Assembly: GCA_051882155.1 (NCBI GenBank)
Contig: JBJERG010000051.1
Location: forward strand, 1 to 39,366
DNA: 39,366 nucleotides
Direction: 5' to 3'
Source of the DNA: Ruminococcus sp.
Lineage (GTDB): Bacteria > Bacillota > Clostridia > Oscillospirales > Ruminococcaceae
The notes beneath the pieces were generated by a model. That model saw only the letters and a list, made by a program, of their open reading frames with translations. It ran no database searches and was not told the origin of the DNA. A program made the translations under genes and the position numbers. This document shows, in pieces, positions 15,572 to 24,804 of this stretch (its first letter is position 1; every line of letters starts with the position of its first letter).

Positions 15572-17977
15572 TTACTTAATGCCCCAGATATCCTTTGCGT
15601 ACTCGTTTACAGCACGGTCAGCAGAGAATATGCCTGCACCTGCAATGTTCTGGAGGGACATCTGAGTCCACTTCTTCTCATCACGGTACAGCTCAGAGCT
15701 GCGTTTCTGTACTGCTGCATAGGAATCAAAGTCAGCCAGTACCATATACGGGTCGGAATTCTTAAGAGAATTTGCAACCTCTTGGAATGTACAGCCATTG
15801 ATGCCTGAATTCATGCGGTCGATACAGCTCTTGATAATGTGGTTGCTGTTGTAGTACTGCTCAGGGTGATAGCCGTGAGCCTTCAGAGCGTTTACTTCGT
15901 CAGTCTTCATGCCGAAGATGAGAATGTTGTCCTCCCCTACAGCGTCACCGATCTCAATGTTTGCACCGTCCAGTGTACCCAGAGTTACAGCACCGTTCAG
16001 CATAAGCTTCATGTTGCCTGTACCGGAAGCCTCTGTACCTGCCAGAGAGATCTGCTCAGAAATATCACTTGCAGGCATGAGCAGCTCGGAAAGTGTTACC
16101 TTGTAGTCTTCAAGGAAGTATACAGACAGCTTTTCGGAAATTCTCGGATTCTTGCGGATTTCCTCGGACAATGCCCAGATCATCTTGATTATCTGCTTTG
16201 CAAGATAATAACCCGGTGCAGCCTTTGCTGCGAAGATATAGGTCTTGGGAGTGAAGTCAGCATTGGGATTGTCAAGGAGATACTGATACTGCGCCAGAAT
16301 GTTCATTACATTCAGATGCTGACGCTTGTATTCGTGCAGACGCTTTACCTGTACGTCGAAGATGCTGTCAGTATTGATGATAACACTGCTCTTCTGCTTT
16401 ACATACTTTGCGAATCTCTGCTTGTTTTCCTTCTTTACCTTGCGAAGTGACGCCAGTACAGCCTCATCATCTGCAAACGCACGGAGCTTCTGAAGCTCGC
16501 TGCCATCCATAAGGAAGCCGTCGCCGATCTTGTCCTTCAGAAGCTTTGTAAGACCCGGGTTGGACTGATAAAGCCATCTTCTGTATGCGATACCGTTTGT
16601 AACGTTCTTGAACTTTTCGGGAGTATCCAGATATTCTTCATGGAAAACAGATTCCTTGATGATCTCGGAATGCAGCTTGGAAACGCCGTTTACGCTGTGT
16701 GAAGCCATAACGCAGAGGGTAGCCATATGGATCTGGTTGTCCTTGATAATGGACATACGTGTTGTTTTAGCACTGTCGTAGCCGTTGCGCTGCATAAGTG
16801 CGGCACAGTAACGGTTATTGATCTCAACTATAATTGAGAAGATTCTCGGAATAACGTGCTTTACAAGGTTTACATCCCACTTTTCCAGAGCCTCAGCCAT
16901 AACGGTGTGGTTGGTGTAAGCGAATGTATGAGTTACGATATCCCATGCGTGATCCCATGTATAGCCGCAGTCGTCAAGAAGCACACGCATAAGCTCCGGA
17001 ATTGCCAGAGTCGGGTGTGTATCGTTGATGTGGATAGCAACCTTTTCGTGGAGGTTGTCAAGTGTACCGTAAACGCTCATGTGGTGGTTTACGATATCGC
17101 CCACAGCTGCTGCACACAGGAAGTACTGCTGACGCAGACGAAGGGACTTGCCCTCAAGGTGGTTATCATTGGGATAAAGAACCTTGGAAATAGCGTTGGC
17201 CATGGAATTCTGGCTCAGAGCGCTTGCATAGTTGCCGTCGTTGAATGACTTCATGTCAAAGCTGGGTGCCTTTGCCTGCCACAGACGAAGTGTGGAAACA
17301 CCCTCGCTGCCGTAGCCGGAAACATAAAGGTCATAGGGAATTGCAACTACTGTATTATAATTCTCGTGGGAAAGATAGTGGTAGGAATCCTGCCAGTACT
17401 CCTTGATATCGCCTTCGAAGTGAACTTCAATAGCCTCATCCGGCTTGGAATCCAGCCATACACTGCCGCCGGGAAGCCAGTTGTCCGGGAACTCTGTCTG
17501 CCAGCCGTCTTCAAGCTTCTGCTGGAAAATACCGTATTCATAGCAAATGGAGTGACCCTTTGCAGGAATTTCCTGTGTAGCCATAGCGTCAAGATAGCAG
17601 GCAGCCAGTCTTCCCAGACCGCCGTTGCCAAGTCCTGCGTCAGGCTCACATTCATAGATCTTATCAAGATTGATGTCAAATTCCTTGAGAATAGCTGTGA
17701 AATCCTCCACCAGTTCCAGGTTGTACAGTGAGGTCTTCAGAGAACGACCCATCAGAAATTCCATTGAAAGATAATAAGCCTGCTTGCGGCCCTCGGAATG
17801 CACACGATTGACAAAATGCTGACGCTTGCGCTTCAGAGTTTCCACCATCATAGCAGAGAGAGTCTGATATATCTGCTTGTCAGACGCCTCGTTCGGTGCA
17901 ACATTGCACTCCAGCTTCAGACGGTTTACAAAAGCTTCCTTCAGCTCAGCACGTTTTGCTGTATTCTTTTCAGCCAT
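15572..17977 (-). CDS. glgP: Glycogen/maltodextrin phosphorylase
   Basis: GLGNGGLGRLAAC, INDTHP, VKRLHEYKRQ, PLP site EASGTGNMKLMLNG. Confidence 0.98.
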   Translation of the reverse strand: MAEKNTAKRAELKEAFVNRLKLECNVAPNEASDKQIYQTLSAMMVETLKRKRQHFVNRVHSEGRKQAYYLSMEFLMGRSLKTSLYNLELVEDFTAILKEFDINLDKIYECEPDAGLGNGGLGRLAACYLDAMATQEIPAKGHSICYEYGIFQQKLEDGWQTEFPDNWLPGGSVWLDSKPDEAIEVHFEGDIKEYWQDSYHYLSHENYNTVVAIPYDLYVSGYGSEGVSTLRLWQAKAPSFDMKSFNDGNYASALSQNSMANAISKVLYPNDNHLEGKSLRLRQQYFLCAAAVGDIVNHHMSVYGTLDNLHEKVAIHINDTHPTLAIPELMRVLLDDCGYTWDHAWDIVTHTFAYTNHTVMAEALEKWDVNLVKHVIPRIFSIIVEINNRYCAALMQRNGYDSAKTTRMSIIKDNQIHMATLCVMASHSVNGVSKLHSEIIKESVFHEEYLDTPEKFKNVTNGIAYRRWLYQSNPGLTKLLKDKIGDGFLMDGSELQKLRAFADDEAVLASLRKVKKENKQRFAKYVKQKSSVIINTDSIFDVQVKRLHEYKRQHLNVMNILAQYQYLLDNPNADFTPKTYIFAAKAAPGYYLAKQIIKMIWALSEEIRKNPRISEKLSVYFLEDYKVTLSELLMPASDISEQISLAGTEASGTGNMKLMLNGAVTLGTLDGANIEIGDAVGEDNILIFGMKTDEVNALKAHGYHPEQYYNSNHIIKSCIDRMNSGINGCTFQEVANSLKNSDPYMVLADFDSYAAVQKRSSELYRDEKKWTQMSLQNIAGAGIFSADRAVNEYAKDIWGIK

Positions 17978-18075
17978 TATTCATCTCCATCCTCCGGCGA
18001 ACATTATTTTTTAAGGAAGAAAGCCATTTCCCTCTTACCCCTGCGGCACAGAGCGCCGATTGTACCGCTACAACT

Positions 18076-18104
18076 ATTATACCTAATTTTCACAGTGTTT
18101 TCAA
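18076..18104 (-). promoter_or_regulatory. sigma-A promoter of glgP
   Basis: Minus strand TTGAAA-17 nt-TATAAT. Confidence 0.7.
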
Positions 18105-18396
18105 TAGCCTTTTTCCACAAATATTTATGCAACTAAAAAAATTAAACGTGATTTTTGACAGGATTCCCGGGCGCCATTTTTCCTGAAAATGCACGTTCCT
18201 GCGACATTTCTGAAGGCTCTGAATGCCTTTTCGGGCAGACTTTTTTCGCCAGGAAAGTACTTTTTTGTTTAAAAAAAATATTCTGTGCATACTTATACAG
18301 TTCACAATTTCCGTAACAACATCCAAATATTGTGGAATATAAAAACAAAAGTATGTATCTGTTACATGAATAACAGCTGAACAAATCGCAAAAGTC

Positions 18397-18425
18397 TTGC
18401 AATTCGGTTACAGATGTGGTATAAT
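18397..18425 (+). promoter_or_regulatory. sigma-A promoter upstream of long structured leader
   Basis: TTGCAA-17 nt-TATAAT with extended -10 TG; predicted start near 18431. Confidence 0.8.
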
Positions 18426-18430
18426 TATAG

Positions 18431-18725
18431 GGTACGGTGATTGGCATACCCGGTGAAACACACCGGTTCTGATGCTGTAACCTTCCGTGATATGAAACCA
18501 GTTCATATCATGCAATGCTTAAAAGGGTCTGCGAAGGCAGACCGGCGCTGAACTTAATTGTATGGCACAGGACAATGTGCCGGAGCGAAGCACCTGGTTA
18601 TGTTTTCAGCAGAAATCCATACAGAAACTTTACAATGGAATAATTTCGATTTCATGCAGACGCATTGCAAACGGCAAGCATTTTTACTTAAAGCCGTACA
18701 GCAATGCAGCCTTGACTGCTGCTTG
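18431..18725 (+). ncRNA. Candidate structured cis-regulatory leader RNA (family unassigned)
   Basis: At least six stems visible by eye between the promoter and the RBS at about 18751; see findings. Confidence 0.55.
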
Positions 18726-18767
18726 CAAATTTCAAACTTGTTTTTAAGAAAAAGGAGTATACTTAAT

Positions 18768-20210
18768 ATGTTGAAAAGAATTTCGGCTGTCGGGGTTTCC
18801 TGCGTGACCGCACTCGTACTGATGCTGTCAGCATTTGCAGCACCGTCAGCTATTTCAGCTGCAACGCTGGAAGAAATGACCTCTGTCGCAATTGAATGCA
18901 TCATCTCACACGAAGGCTCATACGGTTCTGTAAATCCTAACGACTGCGGCGCTGTCAGCGTCGGCAAATTACAGTGGCACGCTTCAAGAGCTTTGAACGT
19001 TATGAAAAGAGCCTGCCAGATTGACCCTGCCTTTGCAGAGGAAACACTGGGAACAGCCCTTTACAGCGAGATTATGAGTGGGGCAAACTGGAACTATCGT
19101 ACCTTTACCACAGCTGAAGCCAAGGCGGCTTCTGAACTGCTTTCCTCCGAATGCGGAATTGCAGCACAGGACGCTCAGGCGGCTGAGGACGTACAGGGCT
19201 ACATTGTCACAGGACAGAACAAGGGTCTTACCGATGCAGGAGCGCTTGTTCTTTATGCAGATATCTACAATTTCGGCAGTGGTATCGCAGCAAGGATCGC
19301 TAAAAGAGCGGCTTCCTACGCAGGATCCTATGCTGCTGTAACACTTGATGATATGTACAAGGCAGCTCTTAACGACAACTACAGTTCCGGCAGTGCCTTT
19401 GTCACAAGAACAAAGATGGTTTATACATATCTTTGCGGTCTGGACATGGGCGGCACTGAAAACACACAGGCTACAACCACAACAACTACACCTGCGATTC
19501 AGTTTACCGAAGACGGCGCAGGCACATACACCGTTACTGCTTCTTCTCTTAATATGAGAAGCGGTCCGGGAACCGGTTACTCTATCGTTACTAAAATACC
19601 TAACGGCGCAGTTGTTACTGTTACAGAAACAGGCGCCGGCTGGGCAAAGCTTACTTACGGAAACTATTCCGGATACTGTTCCATGGATTATCTGATTTCC
19701 TGCGAGAACAGTGAAGTTTCCGAAACCACAACTGCTGAAACTACCACAGCAACAGAAACAACCACAACAACTACTGTTGCAGAAACAACCACAGCTCCGG
19801 CTGAAACTTCTGTAACATCAGAAGAAACCACCATAACTGAAACAGAAACTTCCGAAACAACGGAAACAACTGTTCAGACAACTGAAGAAACAACTGAAAC
19901 AACTGAAGCCACAGAAACAACATCTGCTGATACTACAACAGAGGTTTCCGTTACTTCTACAACTGCTGTACGTACAGACGTTATCGTAAACAGCGCATAC
20001 GCTTCCATTTACGGTGATGTAAACTGTGACGGTGCAGTTACAGTTGCAGACGCAGTATTACTGCACAAATACCTTGTGGGAGCTGTTACACTTAATGTTG
20101 AGCAGATCGCAAACTCTGACTGTTCATATGACAGTGTGCTTTCCACTAAGGACGTAACCGTTATTATGCAGCACCTTGTAGGTCACTACACTGCGCTTCC
20201 TATTTTATGA
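18768..20210 (+). CDS. Secreted protein: lysozyme-like domain + SH3b + Thr/Glu linker + dockerin (putative peptidoglycan hydrolase)
   Basis: AAAGGAG RBS, signal peptide; IISHEGSYGSVNPNDCGAVSVGKLQW resembles a lysozyme-fold catalytic Glu region; SH3b YTVTASSLNMRSGPGTGYSIV...GWAKLTY...GY; dockerin GDVNCDGAVTVADAVLLHKYL. Confidence 0.75.
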   Translation: MLKRISAVGVSCVTALVLMLSAFAAPSAISAATLEEMTSVAIECIISHEGSYGSVNPNDCGAVSVGKLQWHASRALNVMKRACQIDPAFAEETLGTALYSEIMSGANWNYRTFTTAEAKAASELLSSECGIAAQDAQAAEDVQGYIVTGQNKGLTDAGALVLYADIYNFGSGIAARIAKRAASYAGSYAAVTLDDMYKAALNDNYSSGSAFVTRTKMVYTYLCGLDMGGTENTQATTTTTTPAIQFTEDGAGTYTVTASSLNMRSGPGTGYSIVTKIPNGAVVTVTETGAGWAKLTYGNYSGYCSMDYLISCENSEVSETTTAETTTATETTTTTTVAETTTAPAETSVTSEETTITETETSETTETTVQTTEETTETTEATETTSADTTTEVSVTSTTAVRTDVIVNSAYASIYGDVNCDGAVTVADAVLLHKYLVGAVTLNVEQIANSDCSYDSVLSTKDVTVIMQHLVGHYTALPIL

Positions 20211-20224
20211 TCGAAAATCAAATC

Positions 20225-20255
20225 GCCCTTCTCTTCGTGAGAAGGGCTTTTTTTT
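20225..20255 (+). terminator. Intrinsic terminator
   Basis: GCCCTTCTC-TTCGT-GAGAAGGGC followed by T8. Confidence 0.9.
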
Positions 20256-20327
20256 ACATATGCTTGACATTTTCCTGACAGATGTTATATAATAAAATGG
20301 GAATTTTTTAAGAAAGGTTTTGATACA

Positions 20328-22679
20328 ATGAATCACATTTTAACAATGGCACTGGCGGCGTTCCTGTCAGGCGGGGCTGCCTTTGCCCTGTGGGCAGGCT
20401 TTAAACTGCCGGAAAAGCGTGTGCTTTTCGAAAGGATAATACCTGTAAAAAAATCGTGCCTGGGAAAAACCGGGTTGTCTTTTATGATAACCTCTGCCCT
20501 CACTGCACTTTTTTTAACGGTCATTTCCATTCTGATAAGCACATTTACATTTACGGAGAATAATATTTCCGTATGGACTGCTTCCGTCATATCCTGTCTT
20601 GTACAGGCTTCGGCAATACTTTATATGACGGATAACAAGCGGCTCTTCCGCATCTTCGGAAAACTTCTCATCGCCGCTATGGCAATACTGCTCTGTGAAG
20701 TGTTCATTTTCAACATGAAAAGCTTTACAGCAGAGCCTTTGCAGGAGGAAATGTCCCTCAGTACTGCACAGATAGAGGGTGACGGCAGACATTCCGGAAA
20801 CAAGATAAGCGTAAGGGGCAATACTGAGATTATCTTTGAAGCTCCGCCGGAATTTACAAAGGGTCTTGTATTTGATATGGAACAGCAGAGGACAAAAGAA
20901 AGTCTGCCCTTTGAGGTGTCTGTTCAGATAAAGGACGACAACTTGTCTGAAAGCTTTGAAATGGCACAGGACAAATTCACCATGGCATTTGACCGCCCTT
21001 TTACTGCTTCAATAAGCCCCTATGGACAGCTCCATGCAGTAAAGCTCAGCTTTTCAAATATTTCAAAGTGGGTTACCATAAATTCAATAACTGCTGTAAA
21101 TGCACTGCCCTTTGAATTTTCTGCTCTGCGGTTTTTTGTTCTCTTAACAGGTTTTGCACTTATTCTCATAATCAAAGAGCTGAAACTCTACCGTGTAGTA
21201 TTTGACGACAGCAGAACAAGCCATAATATAGCAGTTCAGGCTGCCGTTCTTCTGCTGGCTTTAAGCTCGGTTATATTTCTGAATCCCTATGAAAAGGCTG
21301 TGCCTTATGAGGATCCGGCGTCACTGTCGATAAACGACCCTTTTTCCTATACCTTTGACGCATTTCAGAAGGGTCAGGTTTATCTGGATTTAGACGCCGA
21401 CCCGAAGCTTGCAGAGCTTGACAATGTCTATGACCGTACTGTCCGTGAAGCGGAAAGTGCCGTATATCACTGGGATTATGCCTATTACGACGGACATTAT
21501 TACTGTTATTTCGGTGCCGCTCCTGTACTGACATTCTATTATCCCTACTATATGATAACAGGAAATGTTCCGTCTTTAGCAATGGCGTCCATGTTTTTCG
21601 GGATACTGGCTGTATTCTTCTTCTGCCAGACCCTCATTGCCCTGTGCAAAAAGCTTGTTCCTAAAATAAACCTCTTAATGCTGATACTCCTTATGACGGC
21701 AGGAGTAAGCTGTGCCGGTATATACACCTGCATGAATCAGGTAAACCGTTACAACCTTCCCATACTTTCCGGTATGTTCTGGCTCTTCCTGTGTCTGTGG
21801 GCGGGAATAACGGCGTGTTCGGAAGATTCTCCCGTCAGACGCCTTGCAAAGCTCTTTGTTTCCGGTGCTTCTCTTGCATTCTGCGCAGGCTCACGTCCGG
21901 GAACGGCACTTTTAGGACTTGTTCTGCTGCCATTTTTCATAGGCATTCTCAGAGATAAAACTATGAGCGTAAAATATAAAATTGCCCAGGCAGGAAGCTT
22001 TCTTGTACCTGTAATATCCGGAGCGGCTGTCATTATGTGGTATAATGCCGCAAGATTCGGTTCGCCCTTTGATTTCGGTGCGGCATATCAGCTGACGGTA
22101 AGCGACGTTCATGCCAATACGGTTATGCTGTCCGGCATATTCCCTATGCTGTATCACTACCTCTTACAGCTGCCCAGACCAAAGGCAAGTTTCCCATTCA
22201 TGGAGCCTACCTTCTGCGTACTGAACAATTACACCAGATACACATACTTGGGTCCTGCAATCGGTGCATTCACATATCCACTGATAACCATAGGAATGCT
22301 CTTTGTTCCGGCGGCTGTAAGCAGAAAGAACTGCCTTCAGACGGAAAAGTCATCATATATTCTCAGAAAATGGGTGCTTCTCCTGGGCATTGCCCTGTGC
22401 CTCATTATAGGCTGGCTGAATTTCTGTATGGCAGGTGCGATAGACAGATATATTCTTGATTTCCTTCCTGTTCTTGCAATATGTGCCGCCGCTGCAATTC
22501 TCTATGCCCTTGGCAGATCTGAGGGATACGGAATGAGGTACAAGCTTTCCGCAGCGGGTGCAGTGCTGACAGTGGCAATAAGCTGGCTTCTGCTTATCGG
22601 AGTACGTGACAGCTCACTGATAAGGCATTTCCCGAATATATATGACGCCGCAGAAGATCTGCTTATCTTCTGGCAGTAA
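20328..22679 (+). CDS. Polytopic membrane protein, probable GT-C-fold glycosyltransferase
   Basis: More than 12 hydrophobic segments, large extracellular loops, WDYAYYDGHYYCYFGAAP, GSRP, YNAARFGSPFDFG, RYILDF motifs typical of lipid-linked sugar transferases. Confidence 0.6.
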   Translation: MNHILTMALAAFLSGGAAFALWAGFKLPEKRVLFERIIPVKKSCLGKTGLSFMITSALTALFLTVISILISTFTFTENNISVWTASVISCLVQASAILYMTDNKRLFRIFGKLLIAAMAILLCEVFIFNMKSFTAEPLQEEMSLSTAQIEGDGRHSGNKISVRGNTEIIFEAPPEFTKGLVFDMEQQRTKESLPFEVSVQIKDDNLSESFEMAQDKFTMAFDRPFTASISPYGQLHAVKLSFSNISKWVTINSITAVNALPFEFSALRFFVLLTGFALILIIKELKLYRVVFDDSRTSHNIAVQAAVLLLALSSVIFLNPYEKAVPYEDPASLSINDPFSYTFDAFQKGQVYLDLDADPKLAELDNVYDRTVREAESAVYHWDYAYYDGHYYCYFGAAPVLTFYYPYYMITGNVPSLAMASMFFGILAVFFFCQTLIALCKKLVPKINLLMLILLMTAGVSCAGIYTCMNQVNRYNLPILSGMFWLFLCLWAGITACSEDSPVRRLAKLFVSGASLAFCAGSRPGTALLGLVLLPFFIGILRDKTMSVKYKIAQAGSFLVPVISGAAVIMWYNAARFGSPFDFGAAYQLTVSDVHANTVMLSGIFPMLYHYLLQLPRPKASFPFMEPTFCVLNNYTRYTYLGPAIGAFTYPLITIGMLFVPAAVSRKNCLQTEKSSYILRKWVLLLGIALCLIIGWLNFCMAGAIDRYILDFLPVLAICAAAAILYALGRSEGYGMRYKLSAAGAVLTVAISWLLLIGVRDSSLIRHFPNIYDAAEDLLIFWQ

Positions 22680-22711
22680 AGGCATAGTTTAACATAAATC
22701 CCCAAAAACAG

Positions 22712-22745
22712 AAGGCTGACGCACACGGTTTGCGTCAGCCTTTTT
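22712..22745. terminator. Bidirectional terminator
   Basis: AAGGCTGACGCA...TGCGTCAGCCTT stem with T tract on the right and A-rich tract on the left, between convergent genes. Confidence 0.85.
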
Positions 22746-22746
22746 A

Positions 22747-23514
22747 TCAGCCGTTATCTTTTGCTATCACTCTGCGAAGAGCTTCCACCGCCGTTTTTAT
22801 GGCGGCGTCCATGTCCAGCTTCGGTGGGGAATCAGTGCCGTAGCCTTCCTTGTTTTCCTGGTTCCAGATCATATTAAGCACTGTTGCACAACGCACATGA
22901 AGGGTTGCCGCCACTACAAAGAGTGCCGCAGATTCCATTTCCGAAGCGAGAACTCCGGCAGCTTTCCATGCGTTCCAGTCATTGATAAGACGGTTTGCAA
23001 CAGGCTTGTGTGCCGGGTCATGCTGTCCGTAAAAGGAATCCTTGCAGTGAACCACTCCTGCCCTGAAGGGATATGACAGGGCCTCTGCCGCATTCACGAT
23101 CTCAGATGTCAGTCCGAAATCCGGAACCGCAGGATAGGCAGAGGGCATATATTCATGAGATGTGCCTTCCATGCGTACAGCACCGGTGGGAATGATAAGC
23201 TGTCCCGGAAGAATATCCGGCTGCATTCCTCCGCAGGTGCCTACTCTTATAAACGTATCTGCTCCGCACATTACAAGCTCTTCCATTGCTATTGCGGCAG
23301 AAGGTCCTCCTATTCCGGTGGAGGTTACCGTTACATATTCACCCGACAGCTTTCCTGTCCATATGGTGAATTCCCTGTTCCTGCCTATCAGCCTTGCATC
23401 ATCAAGGTAAGTGGCTATAACGTCCGCACGTTCCGGAGCGCCCGGCAGAAGCACATACCTGCCGATATCCTCCGGTGTACAGCTGAGATGGAACATTTTT
23501 TCTGATGACTGCAT
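22747..23514 (-). CDS. udp: Uridine phosphorylase (PNP/UDP family)
   Basis: YVLLPGAPERA, NREF, STGIGGPSAAIAMEEL, RVGTCG, DSFYGQH, SEMESA; start MQSSEK at 23514. Confidence 0.92.
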   Translation of the reverse strand: MQSSEKMFHLSCTPEDIGRYVLLPGAPERADVIATYLDDARLIGRNREFTIWTGKLSGEYVTVTSTGIGGPSAAIAMEELVMCGADTFIRVGTCGGMQPDILPGQLIIPTGAVRMEGTSHEYMPSAYPAVPDFGLTSEIVNAAEALSYPFRAGVVHCKDSFYGQHDPAHKPVANRLINDWNAWKAAGVLASEMESAALFVVAATLHVRCATVLNMIWNQENKEGYGTDSPPKLDMDAAIKTAVEALRRVIAKDNG

Positions 23515-23515
23515 T

Positions 23516-24520
23516 TTACTCCGCCTCCTCAGTTGTATTATCTGCGATCTCCTCTTCATTATCAGAAACCGCCGCAGTTTTTGCGTATATATCAAGAATA
23601 TATTCAGCGTCGCCTGTATTTACTGCACCGTCGCCGTTGGCGTCCGCAGAAATTTCGCAAAGCTCATTCTGCTTCGGATGAGCATGATAGGGCGTCGGCT
23701 GTATTCCTGCTGATGTAAAGGCATAATTTACAAGGACAGCCTGTGCATCTCTCGTATCAATAACGCCGTCTGCATTGGCGTCGCTCTGAAGGGCAGCGAA
23801 GGTATAATCAAATGTAAAAAGTGCTGAATATCTCTCATCTATACCGTAATATCCGCTTTTTCCCTTTTCAAGAAGCTCTCCGGGCGTAAGCCATGCAACA
23901 CCGTTCTCCTTATCCGTCCATGTGATGTTATTTCCTCTCGGACAGGTATGACATGAATCCAGTATCAGATAAAGGTCATTTTCCTCGTCGTAATCCACAA
24001 TATTTATCCAGTGACCATAAATATTTGAACTGGAGGAGCCGCCGTTTCTCACATGGGCAAGAACCTCAGCGGCAGAACGGGTGCTGCCTGCATACTGCAT
24101 TCCGTACTGAGAGCCGAATTCCGTGACAAAACCATTGAAAAATTCAGCCTTCACGCCGCTGACTCCCGCAGTTCTGTAGCCTTCACGAAGGGCGAAATCT
24201 GCAAGTACTCTCGGGTCGGGAACATTTCCTGTATGGTAATAGACATTATTTATCACGGAAAAAAGACTGCATCCTGCAAGACCAACTGTGTTATTTGTTT
24301 CCGTTCCTCTGTTCCATGGGTAATAGCACCAGTTTTCCAATTCAGGTATGTATGAAAGCCTTTGATTTTCTGCTCCTGCATCATCACGCTGCTGCCATGC
24401 TATGGGAAAGGGCGTACAGGGTGAAAGGGCGTTTGCATTAACAGAACATATCCGCAGTACAGCACATGAAAGTATCACAGAGCATACTGCCGGTAATATT
24501 TTCAGTTTTCTAAGTGGCAT
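23516..24520 (-). CDS. Secreted C39-like cysteine peptidase-domain protein with dockerin
   Basis: Signal peptide; Q-Q..., AGCSLFS (Cys), GHWINIVDYD (His), ILDS (Asp); dockerin SDANADGVIDTRDAQAVLVNYA / ADANGDGAVNTGDAEYILDIYA. Confidence 0.7.
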   Translation of the reverse strand: MPLRKLKILPAVCSVILSCAVLRICSVNANALSPCTPFPIAWQQRDDAGAENQRLSYIPELENWCYYPWNRGTETNNTVGLAGCSLFSVINNVYYHTGNVPDPRVLADFALREGYRTAGVSGVKAEFFNGFVTEFGSQYGMQYAGSTRSAAEVLAHVRNGGSSSSNIYGHWINIVDYDEENDLYLILDSCHTCPRGNNITWTDKENGVAWLTPGELLEKGKSGYYGIDERYSALFTFDYTFAALQSDANADGVIDTRDAQAVLVNYAFTSAGIQPTPYHAHPKQNELCEISADANGDGAVNTGDAEYILDIYAKTAAVSDNEEEIADNTTEEAE

Positions 24521-24573
24521 TGGATTTCTCCTTTTTTATTAATTATCTGCAATAATATTATAACAGAGATAAT

Positions 24574-24705
24574 GCCCTCCCTGAAAGGGAGGGAGGACCA
24601 CCGAAGGTGGTGGGAGGGTTTAAGCTTCAATCTTTTTGTTGATTTTAATTTTCGGGTTTAAACCCCTCAGTCAGCTTACGCTGACAGCTCCCCTTTCAGG
24701 AGAGC
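24574..24705. repeat. REP-like palindromic doublet
   Basis: CCCTCCC-TGAAA-GGGAGGG and CCACC-GAA-GGTGG hairpins facing an inverted partner CCCCTCAGTCAGC-TTAC-GCTGACAGCTCCCCTTTCAGGAGAGC across an AT-rich spacer. Confidence 0.75.
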
Positions 24706-24767
24706 CTTAATAAATGCTTACATTCATTATAACATAATTCAGTTACATTTGTAAAGTACCAATAAAA

Positions 24768-24796
24768 ACAGGTACGGAATTTCACTCCGCACCTGT
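24768..24796 (-). terminator. adhE terminator
   Basis: ACAGGT-A-CGGA...TCCG-C-ACCTGT stem with minus-strand T tract. Confidence 0.7.
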
Positions 24797-24804
24797 AAAT
24801 GTTT

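Noticed and set aside
18431-18767. Calling the leader a ydaO (c-di-AMP), c-di-GMP or T-box element, or a 70-codon CDS extension from 18558
   Set aside because: The hallmark consensus blocks of those families are not visible; the extension lacks an RBS and would bury the signal peptide.
19715-19965. ACAAC/GAAAC-rich repetitive DNA (also 29316-29390)
   Set aside because: Explained by Thr/Glu linker codons with mixed third positions; not CRISPR or a perfect tandem repeat.
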